Of a stretch of 64,000 nt of DNA, positions 30,276 to 40,723 are shown piece by piece. The stretch lies in sequence record OR455461.1; one strand, written 5' to 3'. The stretch comes from Staphylococcus phage AH12. The notes under the pieces were generated by a model, which saw nothing but the letters and a program-made list of their open reading frames with translations, searched no databases and was not told where the DNA came from. The translations under genes were made by a program, and so were the position numbers. Every line of letters starts with the position of its first letter. Position 1 is the stretch's first letter.

Positions 30276-33272
30276 ATGGAAGATAAAGATAAAAATCTCT
30301 TACAAATAAGTGAAGAGATGAACTCTATTAAGTCTAAAATAAATTCTTTAGTTCAAGATCAAGATAGTATTAAGAATTTATCAGAAGATAATAAGAATAA
30401 GATTAATGTACTCAATGAAAATTTGGATAATATTGATAAAGAAAATGATAACTTAATAGAAAAATTAAGAAATTTAGATGGTAGTCATGATATTGATTTA
30501 GATCTTTCTAATTATGTTACACTCGATACACTTAAAACAGAATTAAGAAAATATCAAAAATTAAGTATTGATTATATTGATAGATTAGCTGAAGGTGGTT
30601 GGGATTCTGATATTAAAGGTAATTTGGAAAACCTTAATGGCAGAGTCTCAGCTAATGAAGAATCAATTTCTTCAACTATGTCTAAAGTTAATAAGTATGA
30701 ATCATATATACAATATTTAAGCACTAAAGTTGAACAAACAGCTGAGTCTATTAAGAGTATTGCTACTGATTACACACTTAATGAAATCAATCAAAGTATT
30801 ACTAAATTAGAATCATTTAGAGAACAAACAGCTAGAGTTTTACAAGATACAGTTACTAGAGCTGACATAGACACTATGAATAATAAAGTAACTGAATTTG
30901 AAAGTCAAGTATCTCAGTTTGCAGATTTAATAGAACAAACTGTTTCTAAATCAGAAATTGATGGAATCACTATTGGTGGTAAAAACTTACTAGAGAATTC
31001 ATTAGCTATTAAAGGTAATTGGTTATTATATCCTGAAAGTTTATCTTCAACTAATGAAAATGCTTTAACGTTTGGTCAAGATAATAACGGTAAGAGTTAT
31101 TTTACTATTAATACAGATGGAATAGAAGGAGAAGTTGGAGCTATAAGCTATAATTCTTTCTCTTTAAAATATAATGAGACTTATACTATTTCATTTGATT
31201 TTAGATCAGATACATTTAATAGACTTGATCATTGTTACTTCATTGATCCTTCAGGTAATTATACTACACCTATTGCTGAAAAATATTTAGATATTGATGA
31301 AGAATGGCATAGATACTCATTTGTATATAAACAAACTTTAACTGGAAGAAATAGTACAAAATTATTAATTGGTGTAGATACTGATTTAAACCAATTAAAT
31401 GGTACATTTGATATATCTAGTGTTAAAGTTGAAAGAGGTAGTGTATCATCTGACTGGACTCCTGCACCAGAAGACTTTGATAATATGTTAGAGAATTATA
31501 ATAAAGATATCAATAGTAAAATAATTAATATTGAAGAGAATGCCATTGGATTAGGAGATACTGTTACTGAAGCTTTTAAAGATGGTATTATATCTAATGC
31601 AGAAAAAATAGCTATTGAAAAGCAAAAGAATATTATTGATAAAGATAAAAAAGAAATAGATCAAATATTTAATTCATTATATGCAAATAAAATGATGACA
31701 AATAGTGTTAAAACTGAATTGAAAAATAATTACGATTTATTCAATGAAAAATATAATATACTATTACAAGATATAACTAATACAATTTCAGATGGAATAG
31801 CTACTAAAGAAGAAGTAGCTCAATTTAATACAAATTTCTTAAGATATAATGAATCTCAATCAAATATTAAAGCATCCATTCAAAAGGCAGTAGATAATAT
31901 TTCTAATGGCTATGCAGTTGATGAAGCTAGTAAAATCACTGTAGGTGGAATGAACTTAGTAAGTTATGCAAATATTTTAGCTATAGGATCTGCAACTTTA
32001 AATAAGACTACTTATAAAGAGAACGGTGAAATGAATATAGCTTTAACTGCTAACGGACAAGGTATTAAATTTAAATTAGATAAAGTGAGAAATAGACGTG
32101 AACATGTATTAGGTTTTAATTTAGAAAAGAAAACTGGTACACTGGCAAATGTTGATATTAATATTCCTAATGCTTCTGTAACTTCTTGTTCTGTTAATGG
32201 TAATAAAATTGGAAGTGATTCTAGAAGTATTACATTTAACGATACATCATCATTGACATTTATTGAAGTTGTATTTATACCTAATGACAGTTTTACAACT
32301 AGTTCTCTTATAGAAATGGTTATTAATCGTAATGGTTCATTCCCATTATCTGTAGATATAGAAGGATTAAAAGTAGAAGAAGGTAATAAAGCTACTGCTT
32401 GGCAACCTTCAATAAATGATAGTAATGCTAGAATAACTAATATGGAAAGTAGAATTAGTCAAACTGAATCTAAAATAGACTTATCTGTAACAAAAGAGAC
32501 ATATAATGCAGATAAATCTAAAATGGAAAAAATGGGTTCTGCATTATCTATATTAGCAAATGGTATTTCTATGTCATCTAGTTCAAATGATAAACTATCT
32601 ACTTTTGATATTGATCCTAATAGTATTGCTCTTAAATCTAATATGGTTAATATTAATGATGGAGACGTTATTATTCAAAATGGTAGAGCTACTATTAAAG
32701 AAGCTTCTATTACTAATTTGATGTCTAAAAATATAGTTGTTCAAACTATGTTAGATGCAATGGGACAAGTTAAAGGCGGTATGACAATAAAACGTCCAGA
32801 TGGAGGTTATATTATATACAATGGTATGCCTCAGTTTGCTACAGCTTATGTACGTTCAGAACCAGGTGTACAAGATTTAATGTCTAATGGTACTCCTAGA
32901 TTTAAAAATGTTGGTAACGCATTTATGTTTAGTGACAAAACTACAGGAAGTTATTTCAGACGTGCAATGACTCTATACGGTCAACATGAAACTAGATGGT
33001 TGCATATAGGTATTTGGTATGCTACTCCACAATGTGGAATAGATATTAAGGTGGATTCATTTAATGAACAAAATGGAGTTATCTTTGATAAAACTATCTC
33101 TATAGCTAAAGATACTTCAACTAGTGTAACTAAAACTAAATTTAAAGAAATAAGAGTAGATATGGGAACTCCTCAACAATCTATAGCATCCATTGCTATT
33201 AGAGCTAGAGTAAAACCTGGTCAAAAAGGTAATGCTTGGTTCTTAAACTCTTATATTTATGGTAGAAATTAA
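30276..33272 (+). CDS. Fibre or receptor-binding-like structural protein (998 aa), paralogous in architecture to the giant protein
   Basis: N-terminal coiled coil, then modules beginning (I/T)(I/V)GG.NL and ending VERGSVSSDWTPAPEDF and VEEGNKATAWQPSINDS. Confidence 0.65.
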   Translation: MEDKDKNLLQISEEMNSIKSKINSLVQDQDSIKNLSEDNKNKINVLNENLDNIDKENDNLIEKLRNLDGSHDIDLDLSNYVTLDTLKTELRKYQKLSIDYIDRLAEGGWDSDIKGNLENLNGRVSANEESISSTMSKVNKYESYIQYLSTKVEQTAESIKSIATDYTLNEINQSITKLESFREQTARVLQDTVTRADIDTMNNKVTEFESQVSQFADLIEQTVSKSEIDGITIGGKNLLENSLAIKGNWLLYPESLSSTNENALTFGQDNNGKSYFTINTDGIEGEVGAISYNSFSLKYNETYTISFDFRSDTFNRLDHCYFIDPSGNYTTPIAEKYLDIDEEWHRYSFVYKQTLTGRNSTKLLIGVDTDLNQLNGTFDISSVKVERGSVSSDWTPAPEDFDNMLENYNKDINSKIINIEENAIGLGDTVTEAFKDGIISNAEKIAIEKQKNIIDKDKKEIDQIFNSLYANKMMTNSVKTELKNNYDLFNEKYNILLQDITNTISDGIATKEEVAQFNTNFLRYNESQSNIKASIQKAVDNISNGYAVDEASKITVGGMNLVSYANILAIGSATLNKTTYKENGEMNIALTANGQGIKFKLDKVRNRREHVLGFNLEKKTGTLANVDINIPNASVTSCSVNGNKIGSDSRSITFNDTSSLTFIEVVFIPNDSFTTSSLIEMVINRNGSFPLSVDIEGLKVEEGNKATAWQPSINDSNARITNMESRISQTESKIDLSVTKETYNADKSKMEKMGSALSILANGISMSSSSNDKLSTFDIDPNSIALKSNMVNINDGDVIIQNGRATIKEASITNLMSKNIVVQTMLDAMGQVKGGMTIKRPDGGYIIYNGMPQFATAYVRSEPGVQDLMSNGTPRFKNVGNAFMFSDKTTGSYFRRAMTLYGQHETRWLHIGIWYATPQCGIDIKVDSFNEQNGVIFDKTISIAKDTSTSVTKTKFKEIRVDMGTPQQSIASIAIRARVKPGQKGNAWFLNSYIYGRN

Positions 33273-33293
33273 TATATGAAAGGATGAAGAACT

Positions 33294-33728
33294 TTGTCAG
33301 AAGAAAATAAAGAAGAAGTTATGTTAGATTTAGCAGTAACAGTTGATAAAGAAGGAAATATTATTGACTATGAAACTCTTCAATATGAAGATGAACCTAC
33401 AACTTTACATTTAAAAACAAAAATACCTTTTAAATATAAAGATCAAATAGATAAATTTTATGTAGTTATGGAAGGATTTAAACCTGTAACTAAATTAAAA
33501 GAAAATGAAGAAATTGATGAAAATAGATTAATGTCAGAATCTGATATTGAAGATCATCAAAGACGTAAAATAGATCGTATTAAGAATATGAATCTTATGA
33601 GTGAAGAGTTATCTAAAGGTGTAGATACAAACTTTAAAGGAACTTATGGCGGAGATGATTTTCAGTCATTAGGTAGCAAAACAAACCCTTTAGATGGTAT
33701 TGATGCTTTTGGTAATCGTATATATTAA
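33294..33728 (+). CDS. Hypothetical protein
   Basis: 144-aa ORF following the fibre gene. Confidence 0.5.
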   Translation: MSEENKEEVMLDLAVTVDKEGNIIDYETLQYEDEPTTLHLKTKIPFKYKDQIDKFYVVMEGFKPVTKLKENEEIDENRLMSESDIEDHQRRKIDRIKNMNLMSEELSKGVDTNFKGTYGGDDFQSLGSKTNPLDGIDAFGNRIY

Positions 33729-33790
33729 AAAAAAAATAATAAAATTCCCCTAACCTAAATTAATAGGTTAGGGGATATATTTTTAAATTT
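33726..33790. terminator. Bidirectional rho-independent terminator
   Basis: CCCCTAACCTAAATTAATAGGTTAGGGG is flanked by an A-run on the left and a T-run on the right. It sits between the convergent genes ending at 33728 (+) and 33794 (-). Confidence 0.6.
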
Positions 33791-33793
33791 TAA

Positions 33794-34420
33794 TTAACCG
33801 AAAATACGATCTAATGATTCTTCTAATGATTCGTTTGTGCTTTCTTCATCTTCTGAATCTTCTTCTTCGTCTTCATCTTCTTTAGTAATTTTATCTACAT
33901 CTTCTTCAGGTTTTTCTTTAGAATCTAGAGATTTTTCTGAATTCATTTTGTTAGCTTTAGTTGTCTGCTTATCCACATCCATCTCAGGCTTTTCATTTTC
34001 TTCGAATAGACGTTCTAATTCTTCTTCTAATGAATCTTCATCATCTTCAGAATCTTCATCTTCGTCTTCATCTTCATCTTCTTCTTCAGAATCATCTTCG
34101 TCAGACTCTTCAACTGAATCTTCATCTTCTTCAGAATCATCTTCGTCAGACTCTTCAACTGAATCGTCTTCATCTTCATCTTCTTCAGAATCTTCTTCAT
34201 CTGCCGATTCAATGAGGTTTTCAAATTGTTCTTCTACTGAAGTTTCCTCTGAATCTTCATCATCTTTTTTATCAGATTTTGTTTCAGAATCTTCTTTAGA
34301 TTCACTTTCATCTTCATCTGCTGATTCAATGATACTTTCGAATTGTTCTTCAAGAGCTTCTTCCTGAGCTTGCTCGAAAAGTTGTTCTAACTCTTCTTGA
34401 ATTGCATTTTGTTTTTCCAT
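33794..34420 (-). CDS. Extremely acidic repeat protein (candidate DNA-mimic or chaperone)
   Basis: 208 aa, more than 50% D/E/S, with internal 15-aa repeats SVEESDEDDSEEDED and a repeated EEQFE(N/S)(L/I)IESADE block. Confidence 0.5.
   Translation of the reverse strand: MEKQNAIQEELEQLFEQAQEEALEEQFESIIESADEDESESKEDSETKSDKKDDEDSEETSVEEQFENLIESADEEDSEEDEDEDDSVEESDEDDSEEDEDSVEESDEDDSEEEDEDEDEDEDSEDDEDSLEEELERLFEENEKPEMDVDKQTTKANKMNSEKSLDSKEKPEEDVDKITKEDEDEEEDSEDEESTNESLEESLDRIFG
34085..34168. repeat. Perfect tandem direct repeat, two copies of 45 bp, inside the acidic protein gene
   Basis: TTCAGAATCATCTTCGTCAGACTCTTCAACTGAATC occurs at 34085 and again at 34130. Confidence 0.6.
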
Positions 34421-34610
34421 AATAAGTAATTCTCCTTTTTCAAAATATTTATATAATGATATAAAAATTATGTTTTGTTATTTTTCTAAATACGTGTACA
34501 GATTAATAAAAAATTGTTCATATTAATCTAAAAAATACAATTTCTGATAAAAAAAAAATAAATCACATATCTTAAAATTAATTAAGATATGTGATTGTTA
34601 TTAATAAATA

Positions 34611-35309
34611 TTAAATAAATGCATTTTTAATTTTTGCTTTTCTTTCTATATCTTTGAATTCATCTTCTTCTATAAAATCAAAATTATAATTAGACATTAA
34701 TGCATAAGTTAATGTATTAAAAATAGGACTTTCCTTACAATATTTTTCTCCTAAATTACTTATCAAATATATTATAGAACAAGTGTCTTCATCATTATAA
34801 TTCTTTATATTAATTATTATTCTATCTCGTTTTCTATTTTTAGGTTTACTTAATGTAAATATATAGGTATACTTATCCCTTAAATATTTTATTTCTTTAT
34901 GAATATTTTTTATTAATAATTCAGCTTGTTCTTTTTGTTCTTTATTACTAATCATGAATTCAAAGCTCATATTTAATAATGCTCTTTCATCATTAGGATT
35001 ATAAGGTCTATTGTAATTACTTTTATATAACACTATATTTAAAAAATCTTCATTGTTATAATAATCCATATTATTATAATCATTTAAAGATTTCAGTATA
35101 TCAACTATAGTTTCTTTATTTATAAAAGTTTTTAAATAGTCTATATTCATATCACTTAATCTTACTGATTTATCAAAATTGTTAACCATGTTTGGTATTC
35201 TTAAATAAACTGGGTTATCTTTATATAAATCACATAATTGATTAAAACTTAAAGGAATTACTCTAGGACCTATTAGTTCTTTTTCTTTAATTATTCTAAT
35301 ATCAATCAC
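34611..35309 (-). CDS. Member of the paralogous 'KE.FK-tail' family (divergent)
   Basis: 232 aa. The C-terminus ...RKAKIKNAFI resembles the family tag. Confidence 0.4.
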   Translation of the reverse strand: MIDIRIIKEKELIGPRVIPLSFNQLCDLYKDNPVYLRIPNMVNNFDKSVRLSDMNIDYLKTFINKETIVDILKSLNDYNNMDYYNNEDFLNIVLYKSNYNRPYNPNDERALLNMSFEFMISNKEQKEQAELLIKNIHKEIKYLRDKYTYIFTLSKPKNRKRDRIIINIKNYNDEDTCSIIYLISNLGEKYCKESPIFNTLTYALMSNYNFDFIEEDEFKDIERKAKIKNAFI

Positions 35310-35322
35310 TTTCTTTCTATTA

Positions 35323-35985
35323 TTATATAAATAATTCTTTAGTTAATATTGAATTATATTCTTTTTTATCTATAATTTCTACAAAATTTCTATGATCCAA
35401 AAGAACTTTTATCTCATTATTGAATTTATTATAATCATCTGCATACACTGCAATATTATCCAAAATGAATTGAATGATCTTAATATAGTTTGAATAAAAT
35501 AAATTCTCTATAAATTCATCTATTTTATTTTTATCTATTAAAAATATTAATGTCAAATCTAGTACATACTCTCTATTGTAATGATCCAGAGAAACAGATT
35601 TTAAAAAATCTAGATCAATTTCATGTATACTATCTATAAATTCTTTTTGGTTTTCAATTAAATCTGTATAGCTTTTTAAACTGAAATACATATTCATTAT
35701 ATATCTATTTTTAGATGTTTTACTAATAAAGAATTCCAATTTACTATTAAAGAAATCCATATGAACTACTTTCATATTTTCTCTATTAAGAATTTCAAAT
35801 ATTTTATTAGCTATACATTTAGATGCTTTTTCCATATTATTAATTTCTTCATCAGAATTAATTAAATAAATTGATCTGTCTTTATTATCATTAAAGTCAT
35901 AGATCTTTTTATTACCGTTGGCACTTTTTTTATGATAAAATATATTTACATTTTCTTTGTTAAAACGATATAAGTAGTTAACCAT
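35323..35985 (-). CDS. Member of the paralogous family (divergent tail ...LTKELFI)
   Basis: 220-aa ORF. Confidence 0.4.
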   Translation of the reverse strand: MVNYLYRFNKENVNIFYHKKSANGNKKIYDFNDNKDRSIYLINSDEEINNMEKASKCIANKIFEILNRENMKVVHMDFFNSKLEFFISKTSKNRYIMNMYFSLKSYTDLIENQKEFIDSIHEIDLDFLKSVSLDHYNREYVLDLTLIFLIDKNKIDEFIENLFYSNYIKIIQFILDNIAVYADDYNKFNNEIKVLLDHRNFVEIIDKKEYNSILTKELFI

Positions 35986-36061
35986 AAAAGCATCTCATCC
36001 ATTTCTATATTATAATATAATAAAAAGTTACTATATTACTATGGATGAGATGTTATATAAT

Positions 36062-36904
36062 CTATTTAAAACTTTCTTTTACTGCTATCTTCTTATATTC
36101 ATCTTCTTGTACAAAAGTTATTTTTTCTTTATTTTTATTAATAATATCTTTATACGATATAGAATCTAAATTATCTAGTACTTCATCTTTAAAATATAAA
36201 GAATATAATTCGATACCTTTTTTATCTCTAAAGAAATTACAATTTAGTATTTGGTAATTATATTTTCTCATTAAAACTGATAAGAAATTATTTAATTCTT
36301 CTTTATTAGGAATTAAAAAGAATTTCATATTTTTCATTTCTTTATCATTTATACGATCTCTCCTAGATATATTGATATATGAAGTTATTGTTTTTGAAAT
36401 AACTTCATATAATTTATTTGGAGATGAATAATTATTAAAAAGATAAGGATTGATTTGCTTTCTATTTTTACCTTTTACATAATTATCTAATTTAAATTGA
36501 TACTCTTTAAATCTATTTAATATTTTTCTATTTACTTTATTAGATAAAATTAAATAATAACCTTCTTTAGTACCACGATTTTCTATATATAATATATCTA
36601 TTCTATTATCTATATCTTTTTTAACATGTCTAAATAATTTTTTATTAAATAATTGCATTACTTCATTTATATTAAAATAATTGTCACTATATCTTTCATC
36701 TTCAGGTGTAATATCATGTACAAATATTGTACCTACTTGTGGCATAAATTTTCCATCATTTTTATAATTTGAATTATAATTTACAACAGAATTGATAAAG
36801 AATTTATAAAAATTTTCATCTTCATTATTTTTATATAGCATATTGAATTTTATACTCTCATTATTCTTCTTAGTTAGTCTTTTATCTATTTTAATGATTT
36901 CCAT
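36062..36904 (-). CDS. Paralogous family protein with conserved C-terminal tag
   Basis: 280 aa. Starts MEIIKI and ends ...EDEYKKIAVKESFK. Confidence 0.5.
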   Translation of the reverse strand: MEIIKIDKRLTKKNNESIKFNMLYKNNEDENFYKFFINSVVNYNSNYKNDGKFMPQVGTIFVHDITPEDERYSDNYFNINEVMQLFNKKLFRHVKKDIDNRIDILYIENRGTKEGYYLILSNKVNRKILNRFKEYQFKLDNYVKGKNRKQINPYLFNNYSSPNKLYEVISKTITSYINISRRDRINDKEMKNMKFFLIPNKEELNNFLSVLMRKYNYQILNCNFFRDKKGIELYSLYFKDEVLDNLDSISYKDIINKNKEKITFVQEDEYKKIAVKESFK

Positions 36905-36922
36905 AATATCAATTTCCTCTCC

Positions 36923-37462
36923 TTATTTAAATGTCTCTTTTACTATAAATTTCTTGTATTCTTCTTTAGACATATCATCTATATATCCTTTATATTCATA
37001 TAAATTATAATCAGAACTATAGAAAATAACGTCTTCTTCTTCTCCATCATGTTCTGGAAGAAAATCAAAATTGTATGAAAAAACTATATACATATCTTCT
37101 TTAATATTACGTATATAACTATTAAAAATAAATTTATTCATATTTTTACTTTTTAAGAAACTAATATTTTTAGTATATTCTTCTCCATTTTCATGAACGT
37201 GAATTATATTATTTAAATGATTATCTTCAACCCATTCAGGGCTATTCTCAAATGATATGTGTTTAACTACTTCATTATTCATATTTATCAATTTAAAATT
37301 AATCAATACGTTTCCTGGTGTAGTTTCTACATTATGTTTAAATCTATAAGACATATAAGTGTCGATGATTTCCTTATTTGAAATTTCTCCTTCATCTCTT
37401 ATTAAATGAAATATGTCAAAGTGACCGTCTTGTTCTATTCTAAATTTTTTAATGATTTCCAT
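36923..37462 (-). CDS. Paralogous family protein with conserved C-terminal tag
   Basis: 179 aa. Starts MEIIKK and ends ...KEEYKKFIVKETFK. Confidence 0.5.
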   Translation of the reverse strand: MEIIKKFRIEQDGHFDIFHLIRDEGEISNKEIIDTYMSYRFKHNVETTPGNVLINFKLINMNNEVVKHISFENSPEWVEDNHLNNIIHVHENGEEYTKNISFLKSKNMNKFIFNSYIRNIKEDMYIVFSYNFDFLPEHDGEEEDVIFYSSDYNLYEYKGYIDDMSKEEYKKFIVKETFK

Positions 37463-37463
37463 T

Positions 37464-38090
37464 TTATTTAAATCCCCTTTTTATTAATTCATTTTTATAT
37501 TCTTTTTCATTAATTTTATTTATTCTAGTATTTATAATATTCATAAAATTATATAACCTCATATTATTAACTTTATACATTCTTGCATTATTTCCATTAT
37601 CATACCCAATATTATTATTTATAGGTTCGATAATTTCTTTAGAGTTACAATGTGAAATTAATTCAAATACAATATTTCTATTTTCACTTATATCGATAAT
37701 TAATTCTAGGTTTGAAAATTCTAAATCTAAATTATTAATATCCTCTTTAATTAGATTAAATATATTTTTAGAATTTTCTATATCATGGGTCAACCTATAA
37801 TAATCTCCATATACGTCTTCTCTAAATAAACCTATATTACCTTTTGATATTATATGGTATTTAAATTCTATAATATTTCTTAAACTATTCAATTCAATAG
37901 TGATTGTGTTATATTTAATTATTTTTCTCATTCTATCAGTATAAAATTCATTGAAAAATTGTTCAAATAAAATAATATTTAATTCTTGAGAATCAATACT
38001 ATCTTTATTCTGTTTATATGGTAATTTTAGTGTATCAATATTTTTAAAATTTCTTAACAAACCTCTAAAATCCAACATGAAATAATTCAT
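37464..38090 (-). CDS. Paralogous family protein with conserved C-terminal tag
   Basis: 208 aa. Ends ...EKEYKNELIKRGFK. Confidence 0.5.
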   Translation of the reverse strand: MNYFMLDFRGLLRNFKNIDTLKLPYKQNKDSIDSQELNIILFEQFFNEFYTDRMRKIIKYNTITIELNSLRNIIEFKYHIISKGNIGLFREDVYGDYYRLTHDIENSKNIFNLIKEDINNLDLEFSNLELIIDISENRNIVFELISHCNSKEIIEPINNNIGYDNGNNARMYKVNNMRLYNFMNIINTRINKINEKEYKNELIKRGFK

Positions 38091-38141
38091 CTATCATTTT
38101 CATCTCCTTCAAATAAAAAAATTAATTATAATAGAGATGAT

Positions 38142-38172
38142 ACTTTAATTAAAGTATCATCTCATATTTTAT
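38142..38172 (-). terminator. Hairpin with a T-run (minus strand)
   Basis: GAGATGATACTTTAATTAAAGTATCATCTC. On the minus strand it is followed by TATTATAATTAATTTTTTTA. Confidence 0.45.
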
Positions 38173-38486
38173 TAAATTACATTTTTATAGATAGTTTCAG
38201 GTACAAATTCTTCATCATAATCATGAATAGTTAATAATACACCTTCATGAGAATATTCTAAAGTATACATGTCATTTTCATCATTAACATTAACTACTGA
38301 ATAAGAGAAAATACTTGAATCTTGGTCTAATCCTAATTCTTCAATTAAACCTGATTCAGTTCCATAACCTTCATCTACACCTATTTCATTACTTTCTAGT
38401 ACTTCATACTCTCCGTCTACTTCGCCTCTAAGTTGTAAATCTCTTAATACTTCTTCGTTTAATTTTGTCATAATAAATTCCTCCAT
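38172..38486 (-). CDS. Small acidic protein
   Basis: 104 aa, E/D-rich, with RBS AATGGAGGAATTT upstream. Preceded by the promoter-like motif and hairpin module. Confidence 0.5.
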   Translation of the reverse strand: MEEFIMTKLNEEVLRDLQLRGEVDGEYEVLESNEIGVDEGYGTESGLIEELGLDQDSSIFSYSVVNVNDENDMYTLEYSHEGVLLTIHDYDEEFVPETIYKNVI

Positions 38487-38497
38487 TAATTTTATTA

Positions 38498-38544
38498 GAA
38501 AGATATATGATAATATCTTTCTTCATTATTATAATATATACTTA
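38498..38544 (-). promoter_or_regulatory. Promoter-like motif TAAGTATATATTATAATAATGAAG plus hairpin GAAAGATATTATCATATATCTTTC (read on the minus strand)
   Basis: The same module recurs at 48128-48176 and 48823-48870, and promoter-motif variants recur at six further sites. Confidence 0.45.
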
Positions 38545-38548
38545 ATCT

Positions 38549-38854
38549 TTATTTCGTTTCAAACTTTTCAATGCCTTTTTCTTCAATAACTACATCTGCA
38601 TTTAATACTTGTAAACGTTTACCATCTACATTAATAACAATGTAACTACCGCCTGCTTCATCACTATATTTAGTTCTGATTTTCTTTCCTTCATATTGAT
38701 GTAATACTTTACCATCTTTACTATATATAGTTACTTTTCTTTCTAGACCTGATGTATCTGATTTATGATCTTTAGTAGCATCATCAAACCATGTACAACC
38801 TGCTAACACTGTTGTTAATAATAAAACTCCAAATAACATTAAAATCTTTTTCAT
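38549..38854 (-). CDS. Putative lipoprotein
   Basis: MKKILMLFGVLLLTTVLAGCTWF has a signal peptide with the lipobox LAGC. Confidence 0.55.
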   Translation of the reverse strand: MKKILMLFGVLLLTTVLAGCTWFDDATKDHKSDTSGLERKVTIYSKDGKVLHQYEGKKIRTKYSDEAGGSYIVINVDGKRLQVLNADVVIEEKGIEKFETK

Positions 38855-38871
38855 AATTTATTTTCTCCATT

Positions 38872-39357
38872 CTATTCTAGATAATATATTCCTTCACTAA
38901 TATCAATTCCATGCTTTTTTAAATCAGAAGATTTGACTAAATTATTTTTACATACTAATTGTCCATCAAATCTATTTGTAATAATTCCTTTATTATTTAC
39001 TTTTTTAGCAATTGCATGATCTGAAATTCTAATGAATTTAAAATTATTATTTTTTACATATATTGATATAGACCTTTTATTACCGGAAAAATTAGTTATA
39101 TAACCACTTCTAACTAATTCATTTGTTAAACTTCCTTTTACATTACCTAATTCTAAAATACTTTCATTTGTTTTAGAATTAATAAATTTCTTCTTAATAT
39201 CTTCCCCTAACATCACATGGTCATTAATCTCTTTTACTATAGGCATCGTATTAAAGTTGTTCTTCTGTGAGTAGTCTAGAAGAAAGAATAATAAATCTTC
39301 AATTCCTTCTTCTGTGACTGGAAAGACCTCCTTATTTTTATTCTCTAAATACTTCAT
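38872..39357 (-). CDS. Hypothetical protein
   Basis: 161-aa ORF. Confidence 0.45.
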   Translation of the reverse strand: MKYLENKNKEVFPVTEEGIEDLLFFLLDYSQKNNFNTMPIVKEINDHVMLGEDIKKKFINSKTNESILELGNVKGSLTNELVRSGYITNFSGNKRSISIYVKNNNFKFIRISDHAIAKKVNNKGIITNRFDGQLVCKNNLVKSSDLKKHGIDISEGIYYLE

Positions 39358-39384
39358 CCGTTTAATCTCCTTTAATTATATTAT

Positions 39385-39717
39385 TTATACAAAACTATTT
39401 AATTCTTTCATATGATAACTTCCTAACTCTAATTTAAGATGGAAATTCTCTATCATTTTATAATTTAAACCATGTTCTTCTAATAATTCTACATTGATAG
39501 TTTCTTCATCAATTTCTAATATTTCTTTTAATGTAAATATATCTGAAGATACTACTGTTAGAGAATCTGCTAAATTATCAAGATCTTTTTCTCTAGAATC
39601 ATCTATATTATAGACGAAACTTTCTTCCATTAAATGCTTGCAATTAGATATAACAATTAAGTCTCCTACAATTTTATCATAAATTCTATCTATAACTTTT
39701 TTACTATCTTTTAACAT
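39385..39717 (-). CDS. Hypothetical protein
   Basis: 110-aa ORF. Confidence 0.45.
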   Translation of the reverse strand: MLKDSKKVIDRIYDKIVGDLIVISNCKHLMEESFVYNIDDSREKDLDNLADSLTVVSSDIFTLKEILEIDEETINVELLEEHGLNYKMIENFHLKLELGSYHMKELNSFV

Positions 39718-39788
39718 TATCCATTCACTCCTATTATTTTAATTGATATGAAGTTTATCAACTTCATTTATATAATATATACTTATAA

Positions 39789-40259
39789 TTAATTTAAATA
39801 GATATTTTTATTGTAACTATCCTTACCTAATTTATTACTTATATTAATATCAAATATTAAATCTCCAGTTACAGATTTATCTTTACTATTAATACTTTTT
39901 ACTAACATCATTGTAATTGAATTATTGTAAGTTAAAGTTTCTATAGTTGTATATATTTTAATATCTTTACTTATATCATCTTTTTTAATATTCCTTACTA
40001 ATTTTAAATCTCCATTGTCTATTAAAGTACCCACTTCTGTATCTAATAGTTCAATAATGCAATCAATAAAATCTTCTGCTTTATGAAACAGATTGTGTTT
40101 TTCATTAAGAATATAAGTTCTATTTGGTTTAACTTCAGTTTCTTTATTAATTGTATTTAATGATTTGTATATGAAATTATTAATATAATTTTGTGTAACT
40201 TCAACTGGTAATTTTAAATTATTATTTATTAATTTGTCTATATTCTTTTTATTCTTCAT
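39789..40259 (-). CDS. Hypothetical protein
   Basis: 156-aa ORF. Confidence 0.45.
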   Translation of the reverse strand: MKNKKNIDKLINNNLKLPVEVTQNYINNFIYKSLNTINKETEVKPNRTYILNEKHNLFHKAEDFIDCIIELLDTEVGTLIDNGDLKLVRNIKKDDISKDIKIYTTIETLTYNNSITMMLVKSINSKDKSVTGDLIFDINISNKLGKDSYNKNIYLN

Positions 40260-40711
40260 TATACAAAATTATCCTTTACTAAATTATTTTTATACTCTTT
40301 CTCTGTTATATCTTTTAAATTAAAATCCATTGAATTATGATATTCTTCATTGAGATTATTTTTAATAATTAATAGTACTTTGTCTATTATTTTTATTAAT
40401 CCTTCTTCATCTTCTGGAATAAGTATCGTATCATCATAATATTGTTCATATTCAAATTCATTTTTTAATTTACTTATAATTAAATTATTATCATCTTTAA
40501 CTATTAAACCATCATCTTCTTCACCATAAAAGAAAAATATAGTATTTTCAGATAAATTTTCGATACCAAAAGATATTTCACTGGATAGTTTTAATCCAAA
40601 ACTATTCACCTTAAATATTTCACTTTTTATTAATTCATCAAAGACTATTTCTTTACTTTTACCTTGAAAATAACATTCTTTTCCTCTTAAAATTGTTTTA
40701 AAGTATTCCAT
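40259..40711 (-). CDS. Paralogous family protein with conserved C-terminal tag
   Basis: 150 aa. Ends ...EKEYKNNLVKDNFV. Confidence 0.45.
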   Translation of the reverse strand: MEYFKTILRGKECYFQGKSKEIVFDELIKSEIFKVNSFGLKLSSEISFGIENLSENTIFFFYGEEDDGLIVKDDNNLIISKLKNEFEYEQYYDDTILIPEDEEGLIKIIDKVLLIIKNNLNEEYHNSMDFNLKDITEKEYKNNLVKDNFV

Positions 40712-40723
40712 ATTGAGATCTCC

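Noticed and set aside
33837-34367. Plus-strand 176-aa Ser-rich ORF and two other overlapping ORFs
   Set aside because: They are the antisense and alternate frames of the D/E-rich repeat gene (GAA and GAT give TTC and ATC). The minus-strand acidic protein has a clean start and stop plus a terminator.
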